DNA from: Candidatus Saccharimonadota bacterium
Lineage (GTDB): Bacteria; Patescibacteriota; Saccharimonadia; Saccharimonadales; UBA4665
Assembly (NCBI GenBank): GCA_016700375.1
Contig: CP065016.1
Coordinates: forward strand, 510,001-542,000
DNA length: 32,000 nt
Direction of reading: 5' to 3'
Made by a program: the position numbers and the translations under genes. Position 1 is the stretch's first letter. Every line of letters starts with the position of its first letter. Below, piece by piece: positions 24,989 to 32,000 of this stretch. The notes under the pieces were generated by a model. It saw nothing but the letters and a program-made list of their open reading frames with translations. It was not told the DNA's origin and ran no database searches.

Positions 24989-25447
24989 TTAGCGGATAGA
25001 GAGGACTTTGTAGGTAACGGTTTCGGCAGGCTTGACGATGTCTACTGAGTCGCCTTCTTTCTTGCCCAAGAGGGCTTTGCCAATTGGTGATTCGTCTGAG
25101 ATTTTGTCTACTGCCGGGTCGGCCTCTATGGTACCGACTATTTGTACAGTAACTTCATTGCCTTTGGGGTGCTTGAGCGTGACAGTAGAGCCAAGCCCTA
25201 CCTGCTTGCTCTTACGAGCTTTTATGACCTCTACGTTAGCAAGAATGTGGTCTATTTCTTCCAGCCGACCGTCATTGCGTTCCTGATCCGCGCGAGCTGA
25301 TTGGTATTCAGCGTTTTCGGCTAAATCACCGAGTTCCCGAGCAACCTTAATAGCCTCGGCCGTTTCGGCACGCCTTACAAGCAACTCTGCTTTCTCGGCC
25401 TCAAGTTCCTTTATACCTTCTTGGGTCAAATGAAATAACTTCTTCAT
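24989..25447 (-). CDS. greA: Transcription elongation factor GreA
   Basis: 152 aa. The coiled-coil N-domain contains GDLAENAEYQSARADQ. The C-terminus has SDESPIGKALLGKKEGD. A Shine-Dalgarno AAAGGAGGA lies upstream. Confidence 0.95.
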   Translation of the reverse strand: MKKLFHLTQEGIKELEAEKAELLVRRAETAEAIKVARELGDLAENAEYQSARADQERNDGRLEEIDHILANVEVIKARKSKQVGLGSTVTLKHPKGNEVTVQIVGTIEADPAVDKISDESPIGKALLGKKEGDSVDIVKPAETVTYKVLSIR

Positions 25448-25520
25448 ACTTGTATCCTCCTTTTGTGCTCATGTGGCTGAACCTGTTTCGGTCGTTTAGC
25501 CTTGGTATACTACTGGGTTT

Positions 25521-27230
25521 CTATACTTGGGTCAATATGTTTTTGAGTCTGTCGATTGACACCATCTCGGTTGCTTCTGACGTACGCGCTTTATATTCAT
25601 AGGTACCTGCTTCGATTGTTTTAGGACTAATAACAATACGGTGTGGAATACCGAGCAAGTCGGCATCGGCGAACTTTTCACCTGGGCGTTTGTCGGTGTC
25701 ATCATACAGCACACTCACCCCCCAAGACTGTGCGATTTCGCACAATTTCTCCGCTGCAGACGCAACTGCTTCGTCATTTCCCAACTGCGCAATATACAAC
25801 CGGTACGGCGCAACAGCATCCGGCCACACTAAACCACGCTCATCACTAAAATGTTCTGCAAGCACACCCAGCAGGCGACTTACCCCTATACCGTAGCACC
25901 CCATAATTATGGGCTGCCTGTCACCCTGCTCATCGGTATAGAACATGTCAAATGCATCGGTGTACTTTGTTTCAAGCGGAAAGATATTGCCAACCTCAAC
26001 GGCTTTCATGACCTCGTAGACTTTGCCGGACGCTGGGTTGATATCGCCCTCTTTTGCTTCTTTCACGTCATAAAACTGTTCTGGCCGCGGCAAGTCTCTG
26101 TCCCAGTTGACGTTTTTGTTATGGTAGTCAGTTTTATTGGCACCAAGTTCAAAGTTTTGCAGTGACGCTACCGAATCATCTACGACCCACCTGACTGCTT
26201 CTGGCAAGCCGAGCAAACCAGCAAATCCTACCTCTGCCCCTGTAACTTCCCGAACGGTGTCGGCGTCTGCCAAAGCAACTGCTGTTGCCTGGAGTGCCAT
26301 ACGCAACTTCACTTCGCTTACCGAGTAATCGCCCCTAACTGCTACGGCCACCACCGCACCATCAACCATATACAACATGGTTTTAACAGTACGCGCTACA
26401 GGCACACCAAGTACATCCGCAAGCTGCTCAACGCCCACAACGCCAGGCGTGTGGCATGCTTCCATGGCCAGCTGCTCGTCAGTAGATGCCTCGCCGTCGG
26501 GCGCCTTCGAAGGAGCTACCTCGCGGTTATAATACTCGCTCGTGTCTGGTACATGAAAAATAGTGTCCTCGCCTATAGGGCTCAGCGTTTGAAACTCGTC
26601 ACTGAAACGCTTGGTAAATATGCCGCCATCGGCTTTGACCCGGAATGTGCTATCACCGATGCCTAAGCGTTCATACACCTTATGGTAAGCCGCTGCAATC
26701 TGTTCGTAGACTTCTTCGTGCTGCCGCTGGTCGCGCGCAAACGTGTACATGTCTTTCATAATAAATTCGCGGCCGCGCAGCACGCCCGACTTGGCGCGTT
26801 TTTCGTTGCGGAACTTTGCACCAATCTGGTAAACCGACTTCGGCAAATCCTTATACGATGTAATGTACGGCATTGCCGCGTCGACAATTGGCTCTTCGTG
26901 GGTTAGGCCAACTCCTAGTTCTGTACCATTTAGCAACTTGGTTTTGAACCAGTTATCTACCACTGCGTCGTCCCAGCGATTTGTTTTTTGCCATATGTCG
27001 CTTGGCTGCAACGTCGTCATCAACAACTCCTGACCACCAGCAGCATCCATTTCCTCGCGCACTATTTTCTTTATGTTCTCAACGACACGAAGACCAAGCG
27101 GCAAGTAAGCATAGACACCGGCAATCTCCTTGTGGACATAGCCAGCGCGGATTAATAGCTGTGCGTTTTTGGCAACTTCGTCAGCAGGCGCTTCCTTTAG
27201 TGTTTTGGTAAATAGCTGTGATACTTTCAT
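25521..27230 (-). CDS. proS: Prolyl-tRNA synthetase (bacterial type with insertion/editing domain)
   Basis: 569 aa with KFRNEKRAKSGVLRGREFIMKDMYTF (motif 2 region), MGCYGIGVSRLLG (motif 3) and a central INS domain. Confidence 0.95.
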   Translation of the reverse strand: MKVSQLFTKTLKEAPADEVAKNAQLLIRAGYVHKEIAGVYAYLPLGLRVVENIKKIVREEMDAAGGQELLMTTLQPSDIWQKTNRWDDAVVDNWFKTKLLNGTELGVGLTHEEPIVDAAMPYITSYKDLPKSVYQIGAKFRNEKRAKSGVLRGREFIMKDMYTFARDQRQHEEVYEQIAAAYHKVYERLGIGDSTFRVKADGGIFTKRFSDEFQTLSPIGEDTIFHVPDTSEYYNREVAPSKAPDGEASTDEQLAMEACHTPGVVGVEQLADVLGVPVARTVKTMLYMVDGAVVAVAVRGDYSVSEVKLRMALQATAVALADADTVREVTGAEVGFAGLLGLPEAVRWVVDDSVASLQNFELGANKTDYHNKNVNWDRDLPRPEQFYDVKEAKEGDINPASGKVYEVMKAVEVGNIFPLETKYTDAFDMFYTDEQGDRQPIIMGCYGIGVSRLLGVLAEHFSDERGLVWPDAVAPYRLYIAQLGNDEAVASAAEKLCEIAQSWGVSVLYDDTDKRPGEKFADADLLGIPHRIVISPKTIEAGTYEYKARTSEATEMVSIDRLKNILTQV

Positions 27231-27359
27231 TGGATTGTCCTAATTATGAGTTATGAATACGGGTTACTAGCGTGCAAGAAACCGCCGCGGCGGCATAGTA
27301 CGGGAATCCGGTTGGTGGAAAACTCGCTTCATTGCCACCATTGTACGCTATGCTCCGGC

Positions 27360-28202
27360 TTATTTGAACAGAAATAGATAGGAAAATGCGACCATATTTT
27401 TCATGGCGTGAATGAATATAGGCGCCCACAAACTCCCTGTTTTTTCGCGCATGTAACAGAGCACCACTGAGAGAACGGCGGTGTCAATGGCTGCAATCCA
27501 TAGCAGCGGTTCACCCGACCCAAACTGCAGGTGTGCAACCCCAAACAGTATGCTTGTAAGTAGTGCGCCGTACAGAAAACCAAGCCTAGTTCTCAGGCTC
27601 GTAAATAAATAGCCGCGAAATACAATTTCTTCAGCTATGGGCGGCAAGACGACCAGACTAACGAATACAAGGAGTAGCTGCTCGGCCGACCGGGCAGTTT
27701 CAAAGCCAATCTGTTGTTTCTGCTCGACATCGAGAGACGGTATGAGTGCATTTGCCACGCTCGCAACGACAATATACATAACAATGTACGCACCAAACCC
27801 TTGCAGTGCCCGCCCGATATCACGCAGGCGCAAGGGTACCAGCCCGATATCTTTCCATTTCTTCCGATGCCAATGTAGCAGCCAGTATATGCCGCTCACC
27901 GTTAGCGCTTCTGCGAGCAGTATGTAATAAAACTGCGCACTAACCGCATCCTGCAGCCACTGCGTTGCGCGGTCGGTGCTCCAACCCATGCCCGTTAGGA
28001 CAAAAACTAGTATAAACGCAGCTGCAATCTGCGGCGCAATATACAAAAACAACGTCCAGAGCACGGTTGGTAGCGGCTGCCAGGCACGGCCCTCGGACAC
28101 TTGCGAGTGTGGCAATTTACCTGGGATGTGTGTTTTAACTTCGGTGTGTTTCACCTCATTTGGTAAAACTGGCCCCCTAGAAGAAGCGTTTGACATCGAC
28201 AA
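27360..28202 (-). CDS. CPBP-family (CAAX-type) intramembrane glutamic endopeptidase
   Basis: Motifs IAEEIVFRGYLF, FGVAHLQF and IHAMKN in a polytopic membrane protein. The start (TTG 28202 or ATG 28196) overlaps the rseP 3' end. Confidence 0.8.
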   Translation of the reverse strand: MSMSNASSRGPVLPNEVKHTEVKTHIPGKLPHSQVSEGRAWQPLPTVLWTLFLYIAPQIAAAFILVFVLTGMGWSTDRATQWLQDAVSAQFYYILLAEALTVSGIYWLLHWHRKKWKDIGLVPLRLRDIGRALQGFGAYIVMYIVVASVANALIPSLDVEQKQQIGFETARSAEQLLLVFVSLVVLPPIAEEIVFRGYLFTSLRTRLGFLYGALLTSILFGVAHLQFGSGEPLLWIAAIDTAVLSVVLCYMREKTGSLWAPIFIHAMKNMVAFSYLFLFK

Positions 28203-29343
28203 TGGTAATTAAAATAATAAGCCCAATCAAAAGCATAAAACTCGCCCCAACAATGTTTTCCTCCATTTTGGGGGTTAGCCGCTTCGCCTTTGTTAAACGG
28301 CTAGCGAGCATAAGGTAGAGTCGTCCGCCGTCGAGCGCCGGCACCGGCAACACATTCATAATGGCCAGGGTGAGCGATATGATAGCAATGATAAAGAGCA
28401 TGAAAAGTATACCAAGCGAGCTACCACCCTTTAGTACAAAATATATACCGAGCGGACCAGACACTTGGCTGCTCGCTTCTGTCTGAGCTTGCTGCCGCGC
28501 TTCGGTATTGCCTGTGACCCCGCCTGCAATAATGCCGCCAAGCCCACTCAGTGCCGTACCAATACCCTTTAGTGTTAGTTGCGTAAACTGTGCACTCAAA
28601 CCAACAGCCACAACCGGCGCCGACCACGTAGAGCGGCGCAAAATAATTTCTTGTGGAGCTACCCCAAGGTAGCCTTTGGGATTGTTCGTTTTGCTGCTTG
28701 ACTGGACGGCAGCTTCACTGAGCAGCGTTGCCTGCGTAGAACGGCTCTGGCCGCCGCGCTCATACCGAATAGTTACCGTTTGCCCCGCAAACTGCTTCGT
28801 GACCTCTGACAGCTTTTGACCGTTCATGGTGACTGTTTTATTCGCAGACGCAAAGCTAAGTAGTTTGTCTCTTTCTTGCAGCCCGGCTTTCGCGGCCGGT
28901 GTTTTTTCCTCGACATACCCAACAAGCACGTCGTGCCGGGTAATTTTCGTGTCGCTGGCAACGGTAAACTGGTTATCAACCAGCTTCGGCATACCAAAGA
29001 GCGCCAGTATAGTAAACAGCACCAGTGCCGTTACGAGATTTACCGCGACACCTGCCAACATAATCTTTGCCTTTGCCCAGTCGCTGGCCGCGCCAAAACT
29101 GCCCTTCTCCGTGTCGCTATCGTGTTCGCCCTTTAGCTTCACAAACCCACCGAGAGGTAATGCGTTTATAGTGAAATCCCACCCGCCTTTCATTTTTTTG
29201 CCCCACAACTTCGGCGGGAAAAATATGCCAAACTCCTCGGCCTTCACGCCATTTCGCTTGGCGACCAGAAAATGCCCCATCTCGTGTGTGATGATGAGGA
29301 GCAGAAAGAGAATGATACCTAAAACGAAAACTACAATTGCCAT
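28177..29343 (-). CDS. rseP: Site-2 (M50) intramembrane zinc metalloprotease RseP
   Basis: HEMGHFLVAKRNG (HExxH) in TM1, a central PDZ-like region, and NVLPVPALDGGRL (NxxPxxxLDG). Confidence 0.9.
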   Translation of the reverse strand: MAIVVFVLGIILFLLLIITHEMGHFLVAKRNGVKAEEFGIFFPPKLWGKKMKGGWDFTINALPLGGFVKLKGEHDSDTEKGSFGAASDWAKAKIMLAGVAVNLVTALVLFTILALFGMPKLVDNQFTVASDTKITRHDVLVGYVEEKTPAAKAGLQERDKLLSFASANKTVTMNGQKLSEVTKQFAGQTVTIRYERGGQSRSTQATLLSEAAVQSSSKTNNPKGYLGVAPQEIILRRSTWSAPVVAVGLSAQFTQLTLKGIGTALSGLGGIIAGGVTGNTEARQQAQTEASSQVSGPLGIYFVLKGGSSLGILFMLFIIAIISLTLAIMNVLPVPALDGGRLYLMLASRLTKAKRLTPKMEENIVGASFMLLIGLIILITIVDVKRFF

Positions 29344-29350
29344 TGCTTAT

Positions 29351-29378
29351 AGTATAAAGGGCAAAGGGCTAAGGGCAA
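29351..29378 (-). promoter_or_regulatory. Candidate promoter TTGCCC-N16-TATACT-N7-ATG for rseP (leaderless geometry)
   Basis: The -10 rc is at 29351-29356. The -35 rc at 29373-29378 is supplied by the GGGCAAAGGGCTAA repeat. There is no Shine-Dalgarno sequence. Confidence 0.4.
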
Positions 29379-29387
29379 AGGGCTAAG
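29359..29387 (+). repeat. Tandem 14-mer (GGGCAAAGGGCTAA x2 plus G); left inverted repeat of the four-helix-bundle cassette; G-quadruplex-type motif
   Basis: GGGCAAAGGGCTAAGGGCAAAGGGCTAAG has four GGG runs separated by 4-nt loops. It directly abuts the stop codon at 29388. Confidence 0.8.
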
Positions 29388-29732
29388 TTAGCGCAATTTT
29401 GCGATAAGCCCAGTGAGCATCTTCTGCACTTCCACTGCTAGCCCCATAGCTACAGTACTGTTCACGTCCGGAAAGACTCGTTGAGTGATAATAAGCTGTG
29501 TTTCGAGTTCAGCCGCCGAACCAAGAGCAATCCCACAAAAATGCCGGTATTCTGCCGTATTATTGCGTCTGTAGCCCTCTGCAATATTCGAAGGAACGGA
29601 AGTAGCAGCACTGGTGATTTGCGATGCAAGTCGGTATTGTTCCGTTTTTGGCAGCTGACGTGCAACTTCATATGTCTCAACACTCAGCTCTATGCCCTTT
29701 TGCCAAACTAGCAGGTCTTTGAAACTAGCCAT
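29388..29732 (-). CDS. Four-helix-bundle protein (23S rRNA intervening-sequence protein / Avd-like family)
   Basis: MASFKDLLVWQKGIELSVETYEVARQLPKTEQYRLASQITSAATSVPSNIAEGYRR...FCGIALGSAAELETQL matches the family hallmarks as I recall them. The protein is 114 aa from ATG 29732. The longer ORF from 29861 would overlap frr. Confidence 0.8.
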   Translation of the reverse strand: MASFKDLLVWQKGIELSVETYEVARQLPKTEQYRLASQITSAATSVPSNIAEGYRRNNTAEYRHFCGIALGSAAELETQLIITQRVFPDVNSTVAMGLAVEVQKMLTGLIAKLR

Positions 29733-29750
29733 ATGTGTTCTATCTGCGAA

Positions 29751-29777
29751 CTTCGCCCTTTGCTCTCTGCCCTTAGC
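29751..29777 (+). repeat. Right inverted repeat of the four-helix-bundle cassette
   Basis: The reverse complement of CTTCGCCCTTTGCTCTCTGCCCTTAGC matches 29361-29387 at 22 of 27 positions. Confidence 0.7.
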
Positions 29778-29781
29778 TCTT

Positions 29782-30345
29782 CTAGAGCGAAAGAATATCG
29801 CTTTCCTTCGCCTTGCTGGCAGTCTCAATATCGGCACGAGTCTTTTGCATAGCATCTTCAACCTGAGTACTTAGTCGCTTGGCGTCGTCCTCACCTATAG
29901 ATTTGTCCTTTTTAGCCGAATCTATAGCGTCCATGGCTTCATGGCGTATGTTCCGGACAGCAATCATGGCGTCCTCTTGTTTGCTACCGAGTTGCTTCAC
30001 TATCTCGCGGCGACGCTCTTCGGTAAGTGCTGGTATGGGTACTCGCACAACCCGCCCGTCGTCGCTTGGGTTCAAGCCCAAAGACGGGTTATCGCGTATA
30101 GCACTGGCGATTGCTTGGAGGTTGCTTGGGTCAAATGGGGTTATTTGCAACAGCTGTGCCTCTGGGGCAATCACATTTGCCACCTGGTTCAGTGGCATGG
30201 GCGTGCCGTAGGCTTCAACTATGACGCCGTCGAGCATAGCCGCACTGGCCCGCCCCGTACGCAGACTTTTAAGCTGCTCGTGATAATGCTCTACCGCCCC
30301 CGCAAACTTCTTTTTCGTTTCGTCAACAACACTCTGTGGGTTCAT
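29782..30345 (-). CDS. frr: Ribosome recycling factor
   Basis: 187 aa with LKSLRTGRASAAMLDGV, IRDNPSLGLNPSDDG, IPALTEERRREIVK and VRNIRHEAMD. A Shine-Dalgarno GAAGGAG lies upstream. Confidence 0.95.
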   Translation of the reverse strand: MNPQSVVDETKKKFAGAVEHYHEQLKSLRTGRASAAMLDGVIVEAYGTPMPLNQVANVIAPEAQLLQITPFDPSNLQAIASAIRDNPSLGLNPSDDGRVVRVPIPALTEERRREIVKQLGSKQEDAMIAVRNIRHEAMDAIDSAKKDKSIGEDDAKRLSTQVEDAMQKTRADIETASKAKESDILSL

Positions 30346-30393
30346 ACAGCTCCTTCTCTTATGCTCTCAGTAGTATACAAGAAATTTGGCACA

Positions 30394-30642
30394 CTAGAAA
30401 TCGCGATAGGTTTGGTCGTCGCGTTTGCCTACGTTCAAAATACGGTTTTCGCCAGCCGCCATTACGTAGAATACTATTCGATAACTACCCGCCCGAACTC
30501 TAAAAAATCCTCTGTGTCCTCTGAGGGGCTTGCAGTCTAAGCCCGCCAGATCATTTCGCTCAATTTTGTCCATATACGGCAGAACGTATTCCAGCTGTTT
30601 TTTGGTCAGCTTACGGAGAAATTTCTTGATATCATCAGTCAT
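30394..30642 (-). CDS. RelE/ParE-family toxin
   Basis: 82 aa with KPLRGHRGFFRVRAGSYRIVFYV...ILNVGKRDD, a typical RelE-like C-terminal pattern. It starts 3 nt after the antitoxin stop. Confidence 0.75.
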   Translation of the reverse strand: MTDDIKKFLRKLTKKQLEYVLPYMDKIERNDLAGLDCKPLRGHRGFFRVRAGSYRIVFYVMAAGENRILNVGKRDDQTYRDF

Positions 30643-30645
30643 GCA

Positions 30646-30924
30646 CTATTTTTCAGCTATTATTTCTTCTATAGCATGAACGACATCGCGCACAGGCACG
30701 CCGTTGGCGTTTATTTCTCGAAAGTCTACCAGCGTAGTCCAATCACCATCGTCACCCCATTCATCGACAGAAGTTTGCTGTTTCTGGGCTCGGATTCGGT
30801 GTAGTAAAGTCTGCCGGATGATATCGCTGCGAGAGGTATAGTCTCGCTTCGCGATGGCATCTATCTCTTTCAGAAGAGCTTTCGGGAGGGTTATGTTGAC
30901 TGTTTGGCTCTGCTTATTACTCAT
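30646..30924 (-). CDS. Ribbon-helix-helix (CopG-like) antitoxin
   Basis: VNITLPKALLKEIDAIAKRDYTSRSDIIRQTLL is an RHH signature. The protein is 92 aa. Confidence 0.7.
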   Translation of the reverse strand: MSNKQSQTVNITLPKALLKEIDAIAKRDYTSRSDIIRQTLLHRIRAQKQQTSVDEWGDDGDWTTLVDFREINANGVPVRDVVHAIEEIIAEK

Positions 30925-30925
30925 A

Positions 30926-30960
30926 CATAAAATGTATCACATACATACACTTTATGTCTA
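30926..30960 (-). promoter_or_regulatory. Candidate promoter TAGACA-N18-TACATT-N6-ATG with a 12-bp-arm inverted repeat (operator)
   Basis: CATAAAATGTAT (30926-30937) matches the reverse complement of 30945-30956 at 11/12. One arm covers the -10 and predicted +1, and the other lies in the spacer. Confidence 0.45.
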
Positions 30961-31017
30961 TACGTGTACAGTATAGGCATAGCCGATCTCGGCTTGTGAT
31001 ATGTGCAAAACAGACGA

Positions 31018-31560
31018 CTAATCTCCACTACTAGCCCATGGACCCACGCCAAACACAGAACCGAGTGGATTTAGTGGATCTGCCCCGATTTGTGAAATAT
31101 TTCTTGGTTTTGTCCCTTGAGGAGTATTATCCAGAACCAAATTAGCAATGTCTGGGTGTGTTATGACAAATGCCCCGTCTTCAGGATAGAGAGGAAGGTG
31201 TGCAATGACTTCTTCACCGTTCCTGAAGAATCTAAGCCTAAAGAGTTCTTCTTCGGTTGCGTCCGGCCCAAGAGCTGTTTTTTGGTAGAGCCCACCTAGT
31301 ATCCCCGTGGCTCCGATTCGGCTAATGACTTCCACAGATATCGCGGCCGTCTGACTATGAACATTCTCGTTACCCAGAGCCATACGGATAATCTCCAGAA
31401 CCGCAGTGGGAACCGCCGGGAAATCATATACCGGCGGCTGCCCAGTCACATTCTTAGATGCCCAGGCAGCAGACATCTCTACCCAAGATGCAACCTGAGT
31501 GCTGGTTGGCTGTACTGAATGTTCGGCTCCCTTGGGGCGATGTTTTCTGAAAATACCCAT
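31018..31560 (-). CDS. Hypothetical protein (180 aa), no family recognised
   Basis: A long ORF in the operon orientation that starts 12 nt after the tsf stop. It has no TM segments and no motif I can name. Confidence 0.5.
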   Translation of the reverse strand: MGIFRKHRPKGAEHSVQPTSTQVASWVEMSAAWASKNVTGQPPVYDFPAVPTAVLEIIRMALGNENVHSQTAAISVEVISRIGATGILGGLYQKTALGPDATEEELFRLRFFRNGEEVIAHLPLYPEDGAFVITHPDIANLVLDNTPQGTKPRNISQIGADPLNPLGSVFGVGPWASSGD

Positions 31561-31572
31561 ACGCGTACCCTA

Positions 31573-32000
31573 CTATTTTTCTCCGAGGGCGATGCGGTTG
31601 AAGCGGCGGACGACGATGTTTTCGCCAAGACGAGCATTGTGGTCTTTTACGTAGTCGCCAACAGTTTGGTCGGGGTTTTTTATGAACGGCTGGTCAAGCA
31701 AGCACAGCTCGGCAAAGTATTTCGACAGCTGGCCTTCGACAATTTTTTCCGCCATGTCAGCTGGCTTGCCCTTTAGCGCATCGCCCGCGAGTAGTTCCTG
31801 TTTTTTGGCTTCGCGGTCTTCGGCTGGAATGTCATCTGCCTGCACATGTGCAGGATTGCTGGCGGCAACATGCATGGCAATATCTTTCACGAGGTCTTGG
31901 AAAATTTCGTTGCGGGCAACAAAGTCTGTTTCGCAGTTTACCTCGACAATGACACCTATGCGACCATCATGGTTGTAGGTGCCGACAAGTCCTTGTCTCG
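31573..32000 (-). CDS. tsf: Elongation factor Ts, C-terminal part (gene continues beyond the window)
   Basis: The frame is open to base 32000 and reads ...GLVGTYNHDGRIGVIVEVNCETDFVARNEIFQDLVKDIAMHVAASNP...FIKNPDQTVGDYV, classic EF-Ts motifs. Confidence 0.9.
   Translation of the reverse strand, partial: RQGLVGTYNHDGRIGVIVEVNCETDFVARNEIFQDLVKDIAMHVAASNPAHVQADDIPAEDREAKKQELLAGDALKGKPADMAEKIVEGQLSKYFAELCLLDQPFIKNPDQTVGDYVKDHNARLGENIVVRRFNRIALGEK

Noticed and set aside
27231-27359. Possible T-box or attenuator leader upstream of proS
   Set aside because: Only about 130 nt are available. There is a GC palindrome (CCGCCGCGGCGG) followed by TTTCTT, and a small GGTGG...CCACC stem. I could not find the conserved T-box sequence or a specifier-loop architecture. 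A terminator for the upstream CPBP gene is the more likely reading.
29359-29387. CRISPR-like or minisatellite array
   Set aside because: Only two 14-bp units are present and there are no spacers. It is better explained as one arm of the cassette inverted repeat.

Overview
This window looks like a gene-dense, almost entirely minus-strand stretch of a small bacterial genome. The gene content and eroded synteny suggest a Patescibacteria/CPR, Saccharibacteria-like organism, but that is low-confidence inference. All family calls were made by eye from motifs, with no database search. The core genes are ftsE-ftsX plus a PcsB-like CHAP hydrolase, prfB, an M16 peptidase, secA, hpf, serS, an rlmD-like methyltransferase, a HAD hydrolase, lysS, greA, proS, a CPBP protease, rseP, frr and tsf (partial). 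Accessory DNA is wedged between them. There are four insertion sequences of different families: one IS1/IS1595-like copy at the left edge, then IS982, IS701-like and IS481-like copies back to back at 5.4-8.9 kb. There are also three type II toxin-antitoxin modules, an orphan Cas4-like PD-(D/E)XK nuclease, a four-helix-bundle (23S-rRNA-IVS-protein/Avd-like) gene and several unknown ORFs. Five observations stand out. (1) The four-helix-bundle gene sits on a 417-bp cassette bounded by 27-bp imperfect inverted repeats between frr and rseP, with a solitary related repeat at the secA/M16 junction. This architecture resembles an rRNA intervening sequence, but here it lies in an mRNA context. (2) Nine gene starts have a -10-like hexamer exactly 6-7 nt upstream of the ATG and no Shine-Dalgarno sequence, which implies widespread leaderless mRNAs and corrects several start codons. 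(3) A 223-codon gene split by two IS insertions can be rebuilt exactly from intact target-site duplications. (4) All three TA modules carry repeat or palindrome operators laid over these leaderless promoters. (5) A 160-bp intergenic element is bounded by 21-bp inverted repeats. I saw no rRNA, tRNA or CRISPR array.
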